This document shows positions 19,609 to 29,484 of a stretch of 64,000 nt of DNA, one piece after another. The DNA is taken from the NCBI GenBank assembly GCA_017626815.1, contig JAGAHY010000140.1:404-64403 (forward strand). Direction: 5' to 3'. The first letter of the stretch is position 1. Each line of letters begins with the position of its first letter. The notes under the pieces are model-generated. The model was not told the origin of the DNA. It made no database searches and worked only from the letters and a program-made list of their open reading frames with translations. The DNA comes from Bacilli bacterium (GTDB lineage: Bacteria > Bacillota_I > Bacilli_A > RFN20 > CAG-826). The position numbers and the translations under genes were made by a program.

Positions 19609-22600
19609 TGGATACCTCCTTGGTTCATAGGTTCTTTATCTTTTTTCTTGACCGCGGCTAGGATCTCGATGGGCAAAGCCGCGCAAGAAATAAGAACGAA
19701 AGCGATGATGGAAGAAGTTTTGACGGTGGTGATGGCCTTCTTCCATTCGGGGGTGATGTAACGGAGAACGGTGCCGGAATTGAAGCCGTTCATCGCGTTG
19801 CTATGAAGCGTCGCATAGAGGATGTGCTTGGCGGATTCCCGCATTGCCTGGGCAAAGCCGCCATAGCCTTCTTTAAAGGGCTCGAGGATAGATGGATCCA
19901 AATCGGAATCCGTCAAGGACATGCCTGCTTTTATGCAGTGGGGGAGTTGAGAATTGAGGTAACGCCCCGTCCACATATCGGAGACGATGAGCCCCTTCAT
20001 GCCACATTCTTCGCGCAGGAAGCCTTGAAGCAGCGCTGCGCTGGCCGGGCATAACGTGGTGCCAATTCTGGTATAGGAAGTCATTGCGTTCATCGCCCCG
20101 CCTTCTACGCAGGCGATTTTGAATGGGCGGAGATAAATCTCGCGATAGGCTTGTTCATTGCACCAGACCGATAAACCGACGCGGTTGTTCTGCTGCTCAT
20201 ACCCGGCGATATGCTTCAGATAGGCGTTGCAGCCTTTGCTTTGCAAGCCGAGGGTGAGTTTGGCCGCTTGCTTTCCCGATAAAACGCCGTCTTCGGAATA
20301 ATATTCGAAGGCCCTGCCGTCATATGCGGAGCGATGGGTGTTGACGCCGACTCCATAGAAGCCAGAGAAGCCGGCCCACAAAGCGTCTTCACCCAGCATC
20401 TCGCCCATTTTCTCGGCAAGGGTTTTGCTGAAAGTGGAAGCAAGGATCCCCAAGCACGGGTAATAAGGCGGGGAATAATCGCCGTCAGGATCGCCTAAAC
20501 GGGCGGCTAAGCCATCGCTTTGGCCATAAGGAAGCACCAAACCAGTCGGGCCGTTATGGTCGACGGTGGCGGGCTTGGCGATCGATTCGACGCCGGTTGT
20601 CTTCCTAAGGCCGGTGACGAGGAGCTTGGCTGTCTCCTCAAAGGTCAATTCATCGAGCAAATCATCCCAAATCGGGTTATCCAAAGGGACGGCTTCCCCA
20701 TTTTCATCTACTCTGAGATCGATTAATTTCAGGCCATTGTCCAACCCATAGTTCGGATAGGCTTCATCGTCTTTTTCGATTTCCCCATTTTGCCGAAGGA
20801 GATCTTCCATCATGCCATCGGTCAGATTCAGTTTGACGTTGGTGTTTGGTAGGGTATCGATCCAGTCTTTCCGGGAAAGGTATTCGATGCGATTATCTTC
20901 CGCGTTTTCATAGCGGTTGATGTTCATTGAGGCGAAGAGGTTTTTGACGGAGGGGTCGGCTTTTTCCGTCATCGCCACCTTCTTCACCAAAGTGGAATCG
21001 CCTTCTTCGTCCATCCCATCGGCGGTCGAATAGCCTTTTTCAGCGAGAATGTTGTTGATGGCCTGATGGGCGTTTGCCCCGAAGGCGAAGCGATATTCGT
21101 CCGATTCCTCGATGAGGTAGCAGCCGTTTCCATAAGCGTCATAGGAGGCGAAGTCCTCGTCTTTGACTTCAAAAGAAAGGAGTTGGCTTTCTCCCGGTTG
21201 AAGCAAATCGGTCTTCGCGTAATCGACGAGCTCGATGGCAGGCTTTTCGATGCCCTTTTCCTCGTCGTAGGCCGTATAGGGCTTTTGCAGATAAAGCTGA
21301 ACGCTTTCTTTCCCAGGAACGCTTCCGACGTTCTTCACTTTTAAACTGAGAGCGTGAAGGCCGAGGGAAGAATCGTAGGAATGGGTTGCATCCGAATAGG
21401 AGAAGTCCGTGTAACTGAGCCCATAGCCAAAGGGGAAGGCGATGATGGACGAATAATCGAAGTCGCCGCATAAATCACGCTGCATCACGCAATCTTCATA
21501 ACGGGTCTCCGAGTAGCGGTAGCCGACATAAACCCCTTCTTGATAAGCGACGTAGCTCGCGTATTGCATCGAGGAATAGGATTTCCCGCCGAAAGAAGGG
21601 AGCTGGTCCAGATAATCCTCGTAATTCTGATAGGTGAAGGAGCCCCAATTCGCCATGACGGGGTTATCCCGATGATGGTAATAGAAGGTGTCGGAGAGTT
21701 TTCCCGAGGGATTGACCGACCCCGAAACGATCTTCGCGACCCCACGGAAGCCAGTCTGGCCGACCGAGCCGATCCATAAGCAGGCATCGATGCCATAATC
21801 TTCCAAGAAGGAGAGCTCTGGCTGATTGGGCGTATTGAGGAGGACGATCAATTTGGAGAAAGTGGTGCCTTTGGCGGAACTAAGAGCCGCAAGGACGCTT
21901 TTTTCGTTCTCATTGAGGCAAAGGTAGTTCCCGCCTTCCCCATCGCAGGAGGCTTCTTTGTAGGCGACGTCCGTATTCTCGCCGCGGATCCTCTTCAAGA
22001 CGAAGATGGCCGCATCGCCATATTCCGAGAAGGAAGAGACGATCGAGGAATCGCCGGAGAAAGCGCTCCAAGGGGCGTCTTTGATCTGATATCCGGTGGG
22101 GGTGTAGCTGCTTTTATGGGATTGATACCAGTCGGAAAGCAGCGGATTCGCCTCGATATCCTCTTCTTCAAGGGCTTCGATTAGGGTGGTGGGCGGCGCC
22201 GGCCTTGTCGCCGCGGAAGAGCCTTCTCCTCCATAGGCCGGATCGACAGAAGAAAGCGAGAACAAAGAAACCCTGCTTCCTTTTTCTAGCGGGAGGGCAT
22301 CGTTGCCATTCGTCAAAAGAACCGCTCCTTCGGCTTCGATGTCTTCCACGAGTTTTTCGCCGTCTTTCCTCAAAGAGGCGACGTTTTCATATTTGGTTTC
22401 GAAATAGTCGGTGTTGAGGGATCCTTCGCTTTTTTCCATCACATAAGGGTTGATGTGAAGCTCTGCGTTGATGAAGCCTTCGTTTTCAAAGCTGATTTTC
22501 TCGCCCGCATAGGCAAAGCTCACGGCAACGGCAGCCACGCCGAAGAGGATCTTAGAAGAAAGGCGAAGAGGGAGGGGGAGTTTGCTTTTTCCATACTCGA

Positions 22601-22982
22601 AAGGCACGAACAAAGCGGCGATCGCCCCAAACAAATCAAGCGAGAAGAGAATCGTCAAAGCGATGAATTCGGCGGAATAGCCATGAAGATCGATATCGGC
22701 GATGACGACGGAGACATAGTAATAAATCCCATAGATATAGCCGAAAAAGGCGACCGCATTCCCAATTAAAAGCAGGAAACGGGACACGCTTCCGATTTTT
22801 GGGATGAAGGCGAAGGCAAGGGAAATGACCCCGGTGATTAGCAGCGCAAAGCAAGCGAACGGATTGAGTTCATTGCTTCCGCGGTAGATAAGGAAATAAA
22901 CCAATGCGAGGGCAAGGTCAAATAGGGATATGCCCAGCGTGATATAAAAGCCGAGGCGCTTGGTTTGAAGGAATGGTTTCAT
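19605..22982 (-). CDS. Membrane-anchored glycoside hydrolase family 3 (beta-glucosidase / beta-N-acetylhexosaminidase-like) with permuted domain order
   Basis: GH3 C-terminal domain (…FPFGYGLSYT…), FN3-like (LSLKVKNVGSVPGKESVQLYLQ), then GH3 N-terminal catalytic domain (…GVGVNTHRSAYDGRAFEYYSEDGVLSG…GLIVSDMWTG). N-terminal polytopic TM region and a C-terminal TM. The ORF track extends to 23006 and overlaps the regulator gene, so the exact start is uncertain. Confidence 0.8.
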   Translation of the reverse strand: MKPFLQTKRLGFYITLGISLFDLALALVYFLIYRGSNELNPFACFALLITGVISLAFAFIPKIGSVSRFLLLIGNAVAFFGYIYGIYYYVSVVIADIDLHGYSAEFIALTILFSLDLFGAIAALFVPFEYGKSKLPLPLRLSSKILFGVAAVAVSFAYAGEKISFENEGFINAELHINPYVMEKSEGSLNTDYFETKYENVASLRKDGEKLVEDIEAEGAVLLTNGNDALPLEKGSRVSLFSLSSVDPAYGGEGSSAATRPAPPTTLIEALEEEDIEANPLLSDWYQSHKSSYTPTGYQIKDAPWSAFSGDSSIVSSFSEYGDAAIFVLKRIRGENTDVAYKEASCDGEGGNYLCLNENEKSVLAALSSAKGTTFSKLIVLLNTPNQPELSFLEDYGIDACLWIGSVGQTGFRGVAKIVSGSVNPSGKLSDTFYYHHRDNPVMANWGSFTYQNYEDYLDQLPSFGGKSYSSMQYASYVAYQEGVYVGYRYSETRYEDCVMQRDLCGDFDYSSIIAFPFGYGLSYTDFSYSDATHSYDSSLGLHALSLKVKNVGSVPGKESVQLYLQKPYTAYDEEKGIEKPAIELVDYAKTDLLQPGESQLLSFEVKDEDFASYDAYGNGCYLIEESDEYRFAFGANAHQAINNILAEKGYSTADGMDEEGDSTLVKKVAMTEKADPSVKNLFASMNINRYENAEDNRIEYLSRKDWIDTLPNTNVKLNLTDGMMEDLLRQNGEIEKDDEAYPNYGLDNGLKLIDLRVDENGEAVPLDNPIWDDLLDELTFEETAKLLVTGLRKTTGVESIAKPATVDHNGPTGLVLPYGQSDGLAARLGDPDGDYSPPYYPCLGILASTFSKTLAEKMGEMLGEDALWAGFSGFYGVGVNTHRSAYDGRAFEYYSEDGVLSGKQAAKLTLGLQSKGCNAYLKHIAGYEQQNNRVGLSVWCNEQAYREIYLRPFKIACVEGGAMNAMTSYTRIGTTLCPASAALLQGFLREECGMKGLIVSDMWTGRYLNSQLPHCIKAGMSLTDSDLDPSILEPFKEGYGGFAQAMRESAKHILYATLHSNAMNGFNSGTVLRYITPEWKKAITTVKTSSIIAFVLISCAALPIEILAAVKKKDKEPMNQGGIQ

Positions 22983-24591
22983 GATAGTTCTTTCCTTTCG
23001 GATCAACGATCATGGATCCATAAGCCGCGATGGCCTCCTTTGCCCGTTCCGATAAGCCGTTTGAGCCCACTTTCTCGAAGTAGACTTCGCCATTGAAGCG
23101 CGAGAAGGAAGTGGTTTCGACGCTATCGAAATTATCGGTGTTGGAGAAATAGCCGAAGAATGTGCGGGAAGAGGCCGATGTTTCAAAAGAAAGGAAGCCT
23201 TCTTCTCCTATCTGGCAGACATAGGGGATGCTATTGGCGGCGAATCGATCCGATTTCGCTTTGTTTGAGAACGCCCTTTCGACGGTGAAATAGAGGGAAG
23301 AACCATCTTGTCGATAGGCTCCTCTCAACACTGCGAAAGAGGCGAACGTTTGCTTCCCATAAGCCTCGGAATAGAGGAAGTCTCCTTCGTCTTGACTGCC
23401 ATATAATTCGATCATGCCGAAGGCTTTGATGCTTTCGGTCAGGTAATGGGTGAAATAAAGCGCAGATGCTTTGCTTTCTTCCACCAAATCCCAGGGGTAG
23501 GGGAAGAAAGGCTCCACCGGAACCTCCGCCTCCAAGGAGAATGCCCCATCGGAGAATTCGGCATGAAGGAAGGCGTCTTCCGGTGTCAGTATCTCCCCTT
23601 CCAAATCGAAGCTGGCGACGCCGCTGACGTCTTCTTCGTGGCCATCGCTATAAACGGCGCGGGCCAAGAAAGAAGAAGCGTCGACCTTCCGCCCAACCAA
23701 GAACGGATAGCCGCAGGTGTCGATGATAAGCTCCATCGGGATGATCTGCCCCATGGCAATCAATGCGAAGGAAGGCATTCTTTGGAATTGCTCTTCGGAG
23801 AAAGACCCATCGACGATCCTTTCGAAATCGATGCTGCCGGCTTCATTGGAGAAGTAGCGTTCGTATTTCGTCCACCTGCCAAAGGCCGAATCCATGGAGT
23901 TTTTTTCGGTTTGCAGGAAGCGGATCGAAGCGAAGCCGCCCTCATAGTTGGCCAAGAAATAGGGGATTCCCAGCTGGCTGCTGGTCCTCAGCTTCTCGGT
24001 TCCATTGGGGTCATCGACTTCCTCGGCGTAAAAGCAGATTTGGCCATCGGCTGCCTGATATCGGCCAAATACCAGGCAGTTCAGGAGATCGGCGTCATTG
24101 CTTTCAAGCCAGGATTCTTGGCAGACGAAGGTCCCGTTTTGGAGGTCTCCGTCTAGTTCCAAAGACATGACTTCTTCTGCTCCAAAAGCGGTGAATAAGG
24201 AATAGTCGGATTGGGAGGCCAAGGCCCTAGACCAGCAATTCTCCGCCAGCGCGGGCGCATCCTTTTTGCTTTTTCTTAAGGCAAGCGGGATGGCGATGGA
24301 AGAGGCAACGACGACCGCGAGAACGCATGATGAAATCACAATGGCTCGCTTTTTGGGGAAAGGCTTGACGGGTTTCGCGCTTTCCTCGCCGATCAATTCT
24401 TCGATCGAGATCCCGAAGATCTTGGCGATCTCCGGCAGAAGATTAACGTCTGGCAGGCCATAGCCGCATTCCCAGCGGGAGATGGTTTTGTCGATGACGT
24501 TAAGTTTCTCGGCGAGTTCTTTCTGCGAGAGCCCCTTTTCTTTCCGAAGGCGTTTGATGTTGGCTCCTACAATGCCAGACTCCATCTTCAA
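22918..24591 (-). CDS. Membrane-tethered XRE-family HTH regulator with a large extracytoplasmic sensor domain
   Basis: 557 aa. N-terminal Cro/C1 HTH (LSQKELAEKLNVIDKTISRWECG), one TM (IVISSCVLAVVVASSIAIPLAL), ~450-aa extracellular region. First gene of the glycan operon. Confidence 0.75.
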   Translation of the reverse strand: MKMESGIVGANIKRLRKEKGLSQKELAEKLNVIDKTISRWECGYGLPDVNLLPEIAKIFGISIEELIGEESAKPVKPFPKKRAIVISSCVLAVVVASSIAIPLALRKSKKDAPALAENCWSRALASQSDYSLFTAFGAEEVMSLELDGDLQNGTFVCQESWLESNDADLLNCLVFGRYQAADGQICFYAEEVDDPNGTEKLRTSSQLGIPYFLANYEGGFASIRFLQTEKNSMDSAFGRWTKYERYFSNEAGSIDFERIVDGSFSEEQFQRMPSFALIAMGQIIPMELIIDTCGYPFLVGRKVDASSFLARAVYSDGHEEDVSGVASFDLEGEILTPEDAFLHAEFSDGAFSLEAEVPVEPFFPYPWDLVEESKASALYFTHYLTESIKAFGMIELYGSQDEGDFLYSEAYGKQTFASFAVLRGAYRQDGSSLYFTVERAFSNKAKSDRFAANSIPYVCQIGEEGFLSFETSASSRTFFGYFSNTDNFDSVETTSFSRFNGEVYFEKVGSNGLSERAKEAIAAYGSMIVDPKGKNYHETIPSNQAPRLLYHAGHIPI

Positions 24592-24805
24592 CTCCTTTTT
24601 CAGCTAAGAAGCACCCTTAGGATATCCAAAAGGAAAAAAGGCCCGCAAGAAAGCGTTTCCTTTTTTGGGTATATGCTTGATAGAGTCAAGAATTCATCGA
24701 ATGTTTTCATCTTCTCCACGCGAAAGGTTTCTCTCGATTTATTTTAGCTTTTCTTTCATTCTTTTGAATGCCGAAAGCTCTTTTCCCCAATAAAACCGAC
24801 ACATT

Positions 24806-24922
24806 CACCGAACGCGACGACCCAGCCTTGGCTTGCCGGTCATGCTCCTGACATGTTCCTAATCACGTGGCACAGACGCGTTCTTATGTTCCTAATCCCA
24901 ATACGGGGCACGTCGAGACGGT
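24806..24922. repeat. Repeat family A, copy 1 (contains the CATGTTCCT / TTATGTTCC sub-motif twice)
   Basis: caccgaacgcgacgacccagccttggcttgccggtcatgctcctgacatgttcctaatc… is about 90% identical to 26456-26515. The tail (cggggcacgtcgagac) matches 26521-26540. Confidence 0.6.
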
Positions 24923-25105
24923 GGCCCCTTTGAAATTAAAGCAAAAAGCAAGATAACATCGATATAATTTCCCTTTGTCCCTTCCCACAGTGACACGTTT
25001 CAACGTACACCGTTTCTGCTTTCTGGGCCATTGTAATAGGCAATTTGACGGGTATAATTTTAGTAGATATCCGCAAAAAGATTAAAAAAGCGGAGGTTTA
25101 CTAAA

Positions 25106-25645
25106 ATGTTGATGGATTATGCGCGTGCAATTAAAGCTTACGGAAACGACTATGGGATTAAAAAGGCCATAGAAGAGAAGAAGCTTTTCCGCATCGATGT
25201 CGGCGTCTATTCTACGAAACTGATTGTTTCCGAGGAAGCCGCGCTGTGTTTCAGGTATCCAAAGGCGGTTTTGGCCCTTTCCTCGGCGTTCTATCTCCAT
25301 GGCCTCACGGATACGGCGCCGGACTATTACGAAATGGCAACTTCGCGTGATGCGGCCAAAATATACGACCCTAGGGTTCGGCAGGTCTTTTCGCCGAGGA
25401 AGATACTCAACGTTGGGAAGACGCGGCTCCAAAAGGACGGAACAATCTTTGTTTACGATTTGGAGAGATGCGCCATCGACTTGTTCCGTTATAAGTCCAA
25501 ACTCCCTTATGACTATTACAAAGAGGTTTTACGTAATCTTAGATCCCGCCTTGGCGAAATGGACGTTCGGAAACTTCAGGACTACATCTCCAAGATGCCG
25601 CGGCAGGAACGTTTGATGAGAATGATGATGGAGGAGCTTTTATGA
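25106..25645 (+). CDS. abiEi: AbiEi-type antitoxin/transcriptional regulator (type IV TA / abortive infection)
   Basis: 179 aa. Precedes and overlaps by 4 nt a DUF1814 nucleotidyltransferase gene. Size and position match AbiEi. Confidence 0.65.
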   Translation: MLMDYARAIKAYGNDYGIKKAIEEKKLFRIDVGVYSTKLIVSEEAALCFRYPKAVLALSSAFYLHGLTDTAPDYYEMATSRDAAKIYDPRVRQVFSPRKILNVGKTRLQKDGTIFVYDLERCAIDLFRYKSKLPYDYYKEVLRNLRSRLGEMDVRKLQDYISKMPRQERLMRMMMEELL

Positions 25646-26445
25646 TTGTGATTCGCGAATTGATGGCGGCGATTAGGGGCGAGGGTTATAGCGGTCCCGC
25701 AGTCGGCGCGCGCGTTTTCCAAGACTTGGTTCTCAAGGCCATTGCGAGCGGCCCGTATTCCGAAAATATCACCGTCAAAGGCGGTGTCCTGATGCGCGAG
25801 CTTAGTCATTCCGCCAGAAGGGCTACCATGGATATCGATATGGATTTCATGCACTTTCCGCTGACCAACGAAGGAATCTCGCGCTTTGTGGATTCTCTAA
25901 ATGTTTTGGAAGGCGTTTCGTTCAAGATCGTAGGGGAAATCGTAGAACTGAAACAGCAAGACTATAAAGGGAAGCGCGTTTTCGTTACGGTTACCGATGG
26001 GGAAGGGTCGTCGATATCAAGCAAAATCGATCTTGGCGTCCACAAAGACCTATCGATTAGTCAGATCCCCGTCTGCTTTGATGTATGCTGCAACGAGGAG
26101 GGCGCAACCCTTCTTGCGAATTCTCCGGAACAAGTCTTTACGGAGAAACTCAAATCTTTGTTGCGGTTCGGGCCGACCTCTACCAGGTATAAAGACGTAT
26201 TCGATTTGTATTACCTCTCGAAGCGCATCGATTCTAACTTGTTCGCCGTCTATCTCGATAAACTGATTTTCACTGATCGCAGCATGAAGGAAAGGAATTC
26301 GCACGACATTGTCCTTAGGGTCAGATCGACCTTTGAAAATCCGATGTATCAAAGGCTAATCGCGACCGCCGGCAAGGCAAAATGGATTGATGCATCGGTC
26401 GAAGAAGCTATGACGGGAATCTTGTCTTGCTTGGAAGGTCTTTAG
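25642..26445 (+). CDS. abiEii: AbiEii/AbiGii-family nucleotidyltransferase toxin (DUF1814)
   Basis: 267 aa. Family-typical N-terminal NTase region (…ITVKGGVLMRELSHSARRATMDIDMDF…) and C-terminal helical domain. Confidence 0.75.
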   Translation: MIVIRELMAAIRGEGYSGPAVGARVFQDLVLKAIASGPYSENITVKGGVLMRELSHSARRATMDIDMDFMHFPLTNEGISRFVDSLNVLEGVSFKIVGEIVELKQQDYKGKRVFVTVTDGEGSSISSKIDLGVHKDLSISQIPVCFDVCCNEEGATLLANSPEQVFTEKLKSLLRFGPTSTRYKDVFDLYYLSKRIDSNLFAVYLDKLIFTDRSMKERNSHDIVLRVRSTFENPMYQRLIATAGKAKWIDASVEEAMTGILSCLEGL

Positions 26446-26455
26446 GACACATATC

Positions 26456-26580
26456 CACCGAACGTGACGACCCGACCTTGGCTTGCCGGTCATGTTCCTG
26501 ACATGTTCTTAATCCCCGCACGGGGCACGTGAGACTGTTGCAATGTTGAGTCTGAAAGAGCCGAAAAAGTAGGCTTTACG
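26456..26580. repeat. Repeat family A, copy 2 (most complete copy)
   Basis: The 5' part matches 24806-24865. The 3' part (cacggggcacgtgagactgttgcaatgttgagtctgaaagagccgaaaaagtaggctttacg) matches 52770-52834. Confidence 0.6.
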
Positions 26581-26914
26581 TTGCTTTTCTCTGAAGTGGC
26601 GCTTTGGCGCTGCGTGCATTCTCTTGTGCTTCGGCTCGAAACATGGTGTGTCCCATCTCATGAAAGAAAACGATGTTGCGCAGAAATATGTCAAAGCAGT
26701 ACCGCCTCGAAGATATTCAGAAACTTATGGCGCGAAGGGGCTTCGGCTTTCTTTGAGTCTTAAATAGACAAAGGACATGCGTTGGCGTGACGGAAGTCGC
26801 TGAACGCTTCCGGAAAAACAATCCTAATCTCGATTATCCAAAGCCGAAGATGAACCAGGGCGGCGATAAATGTGCAAGAGATTTGTGGTTTCGGTTGGTC
26901 AAGAGGGAATGAGT

Positions 26915-26962
26915 GGTGAACAAGCTGGTGAACAAGTTAGTGAACAAGTTGGTGAACAAGTT
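26915..26962. repeat. Four tandem copies of a 12-bp unit (GGTGAACAAGYT)
   Basis: ggtgaacaagct ggtgaacaagtt agtgaacaagtt ggtgaacaagtt, at the GC-to-AT-rich transition before the Fic gene. Confidence 0.7.
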
Positions 26963-27240
26963 AAAATACGAGGATAATACATAAACATAAGGTGGATAAG
27001 CCTATGCTTTTAAAAGAATTGATTCCGGAACATCTTTTCGAAATACTCCCTAGACGATCATATGCTTAATAAAATTGATCGTTATGTTTCTTAAAAACCA
27101 GTTACCCCTTGTCGCCGGTAACATGTCTTTCTATTTAATCTTGGTGAGATATGAATAATAGAGTCAATTCAATATTTTTTGCCTAATTGTATTGATTTAT
27201 TGCCTAATTTAATATATGTTTTAGTTAGTAAAAAGCGTTT

Positions 27241-28284
27241 ATGGTTAGAAAATTTGATTATTCGTTTCTTAAAGATAAAATTCCGGGAAAAATCGTCTCC
27301 CTCCTTTCTATTGTTTATGACATCAAAGGAAAAGAAAATGCAAGGCTAATATCAACACCTGCTTTATTCAATAAACTCAAGAAAAAAGCAATTAGAGACT
27401 CCATTAAAGCGAGTAACGCTATTGAGAATATTCATACAACAGAAAAAAGAATTGATGACATCGCTAGTGGCGATAATTTTGCTTATACCCATCCTGAAAA
27501 AGAAATCATTGGCTATAGAAACGCACTTAATAACATCCATACCTATAACGAGACAATCATATTTGACGAGACATCCATTTTAGCGTTACACAAACAATTA
27601 CTTGATATTGCTGAAGTTGGTGGCCGTGGCAATTATAAAAAAGAGCCGAATGTCATAAGCGAAAAAATAAATGGCAGGAGCCATGTTATCTTTATTCCCA
27701 CTTCTCCAAAGGATGTCAAAGAATCAATGGAACAGGCCTTACTTGCGTATAATGAAGCTATTCATGATCCTGAAATAAGCCCATTACTACTTATCCCTTG
27801 TTTCATTCTGGATTTTTTATGTATCCACCCTTTTGATGATGGTAATGGCAGGATGTCTAGATTATTAACCCTGTTACTTCTTTACAAATCAGGTTTTGAT
27901 GTTGGAAGATTTATATCTATTGAAAAGGTCATTAACGACACTAAAGGCGATTATTATGAAGCTTTATATAAATCATCTATTGGTTGGCATGAAAATCAGA
28001 ATGATTATGTTCCATTTATGCTTTATATGATACAAGTTCTATATCGCTGCTATAAGTTATTAGATGAGAATGTTTTCAACCAAATTGATAAAAAACTTAA
28101 CAAGAGTCAAAGAATCGAGCAAGTCTTGCTGAATACCTTTGTACCTTTAAATAAACAGCAAATATTAGAACAACTACCAGATGTCAGCGAGAACCTTGTC
28201 GAAACCATTTTGTCTAAACTTATAAAAGAAGAAAAAATTATTAAAATAGGTTCCTATAAGGATGCGAGGTATTATCGTAAATAG
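27241..28284 (+). CDS. Fic-family protein (AMPylation/Fido domain), AT-rich and likely horizontally acquired
   Basis: 347 aa. Canonical Fic motif HPFDDGNGRMSR. Local GC is far below the window average. Confidence 0.85.
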   Translation: MVRKFDYSFLKDKIPGKIVSLLSIVYDIKGKENARLISTPALFNKLKKKAIRDSIKASNAIENIHTTEKRIDDIASGDNFAYTHPEKEIIGYRNALNNIHTYNETIIFDETSILALHKQLLDIAEVGGRGNYKKEPNVISEKINGRSHVIFIPTSPKDVKESMEQALLAYNEAIHDPEISPLLLIPCFILDFLCIHPFDDGNGRMSRLLTLLLLYKSGFDVGRFISIEKVINDTKGDYYEALYKSSIGWHENQNDYVPFMLYMIQVLYRCYKLLDENVFNQIDKKLNKSQRIEQVLLNTFVPLNKQQILEQLPDVSENLVETILSKLIKEEKIIKIGSYKDARYYRK

Positions 28285-28402
28285 AATACTAAAGTTATAT
28301 CGTTTTTATGCCTCTACCTTTACGGGCATTGGTCCATAAAAACTTGGTGACACGTTGAGACCATTGTGGGATTATCCTTAAGGAATATCAAGTGATAAAA
28401 AA

Positions 28403-28702
28403 TTGTCGCCGCACAAGCTCGATCGTCCTGCCGCCGCAGCAACAAAACAAGCAGAAGACCGACCTGACCAACCATCAGGTCTTTTCTTTTCCTCCCCGCC
28501 CCGCCCTATAAAAAAGATCAGTCATATTGTCTAGCTTCATCTATATATACGACAGTTTCTTACTCTCTAATACGACGCCATCGTCTACGTCCTAATCTAG
28601 CCTTCGTCCCACGCCGACCCCTTCGCCCCAAACCCTCGCCTGCGCAGCCACTTTCAGACCATGTAGCCACACGTCCATAAGCAAGTCATACAAGCTCCAC
28701 GT
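28403..28702. repeat. Repeat family B, copy 1
   Basis: Segments (ttgtcgccgc…gcagcaacaaaaca…ccaggtctttt…gccgaccccttcgccccaa…ctttcagaccatgtagccacacgtccataagcaagtcatacaagctccacgt) align at about 80% with 36594-36836. Confidence 0.55.
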
Positions 28703-29018
28703 CGCACCGAATCGACCAGCCTAAGTAAACGTCTACCGGCCGTCCGAAAAAAGTTCGAAAAGCCCGCTCGCGATATGATCATTTATGGACGAACCCGTGC
28801 AAAACAAGCCGGCCGAAAGCGAGCAAAGTTATTTGCCATCGAAACTTTTAAAAATTGCTCTTTCTGCAGGAGATTATAAATTGATGCATAACGAAGTCGG
28901 CGAGAGAGTCACAACCGACCCAAAAGACGCTGAAAAAGAAATGAGAAAGTTTGCTGGTGAATATAACAAGAAAACCAGTCATTCGTTTTAAAAATAGTGG
29001 AGTTCTACGCTAATTTTG

Positions 29019-29140
29019 CACGCATCCGTCCATTCCCAAGATGGTAATGGTAGGGTGGGTAGATTAATTGCGTTTAAAGAATGTTTGAAGAACAACATCG
29101 TCCCATTCATCATTCTTGATATAAAAAATTAATTATCGAG
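29019..29140 (+). pseudogene. Remnant of a second Fic gene (degenerate motif …VHSQDGNGRVGRLIAFKECLKNNIVPFIILD)
   Basis: A DGNGR core with downstream Fic-like helix. The upstream histidine motif is broken and there is no intact ORF. Confidence 0.45.
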
Positions 29141-29484
29141 GTCTAAAGAACTGGAATCAGGAACCCAGTTGCCTAATTGACACATGTCTAGATGACCAAG
29201 ATACAGTTAAAGAATATTTAGATTATTTTTCTTATCCAGCATTAGACAAGTGGGGTATCGACGAAGAAACAAAAACATATCCTTGCCGTTTTCGGCGTAA
29301 ATTTAATATTGAGATTGCGGTAACGGCGATGTCATATGCTTCTTGTTCTTTTTTGCTATGGCGAGGATCGCCAAATATACCAAATGCTTATGGGCAAAGA
29401 AAAAAGCGAAGGAAAAGGGACTATTTTTGCCCGCAACTGAGCCAGTTGCTTGTTTGACAATGCGGACCGCCTTAGAATGGGGGC

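Noticed and set aside
24806-26580. Repeat A copies as integron attC sites
   Set aside because: The repeats lack the imperfect inverted-repeat (R''/L''/L'/R') organisation and GTTRRRY core of attC sites. No integrase is nearby.
26915-26962. Possible CRISPR array
   Set aside because: The 12-bp units are contiguous with no spacers, and there are only four units. This is a simple tandem repeat, not CRISPR.
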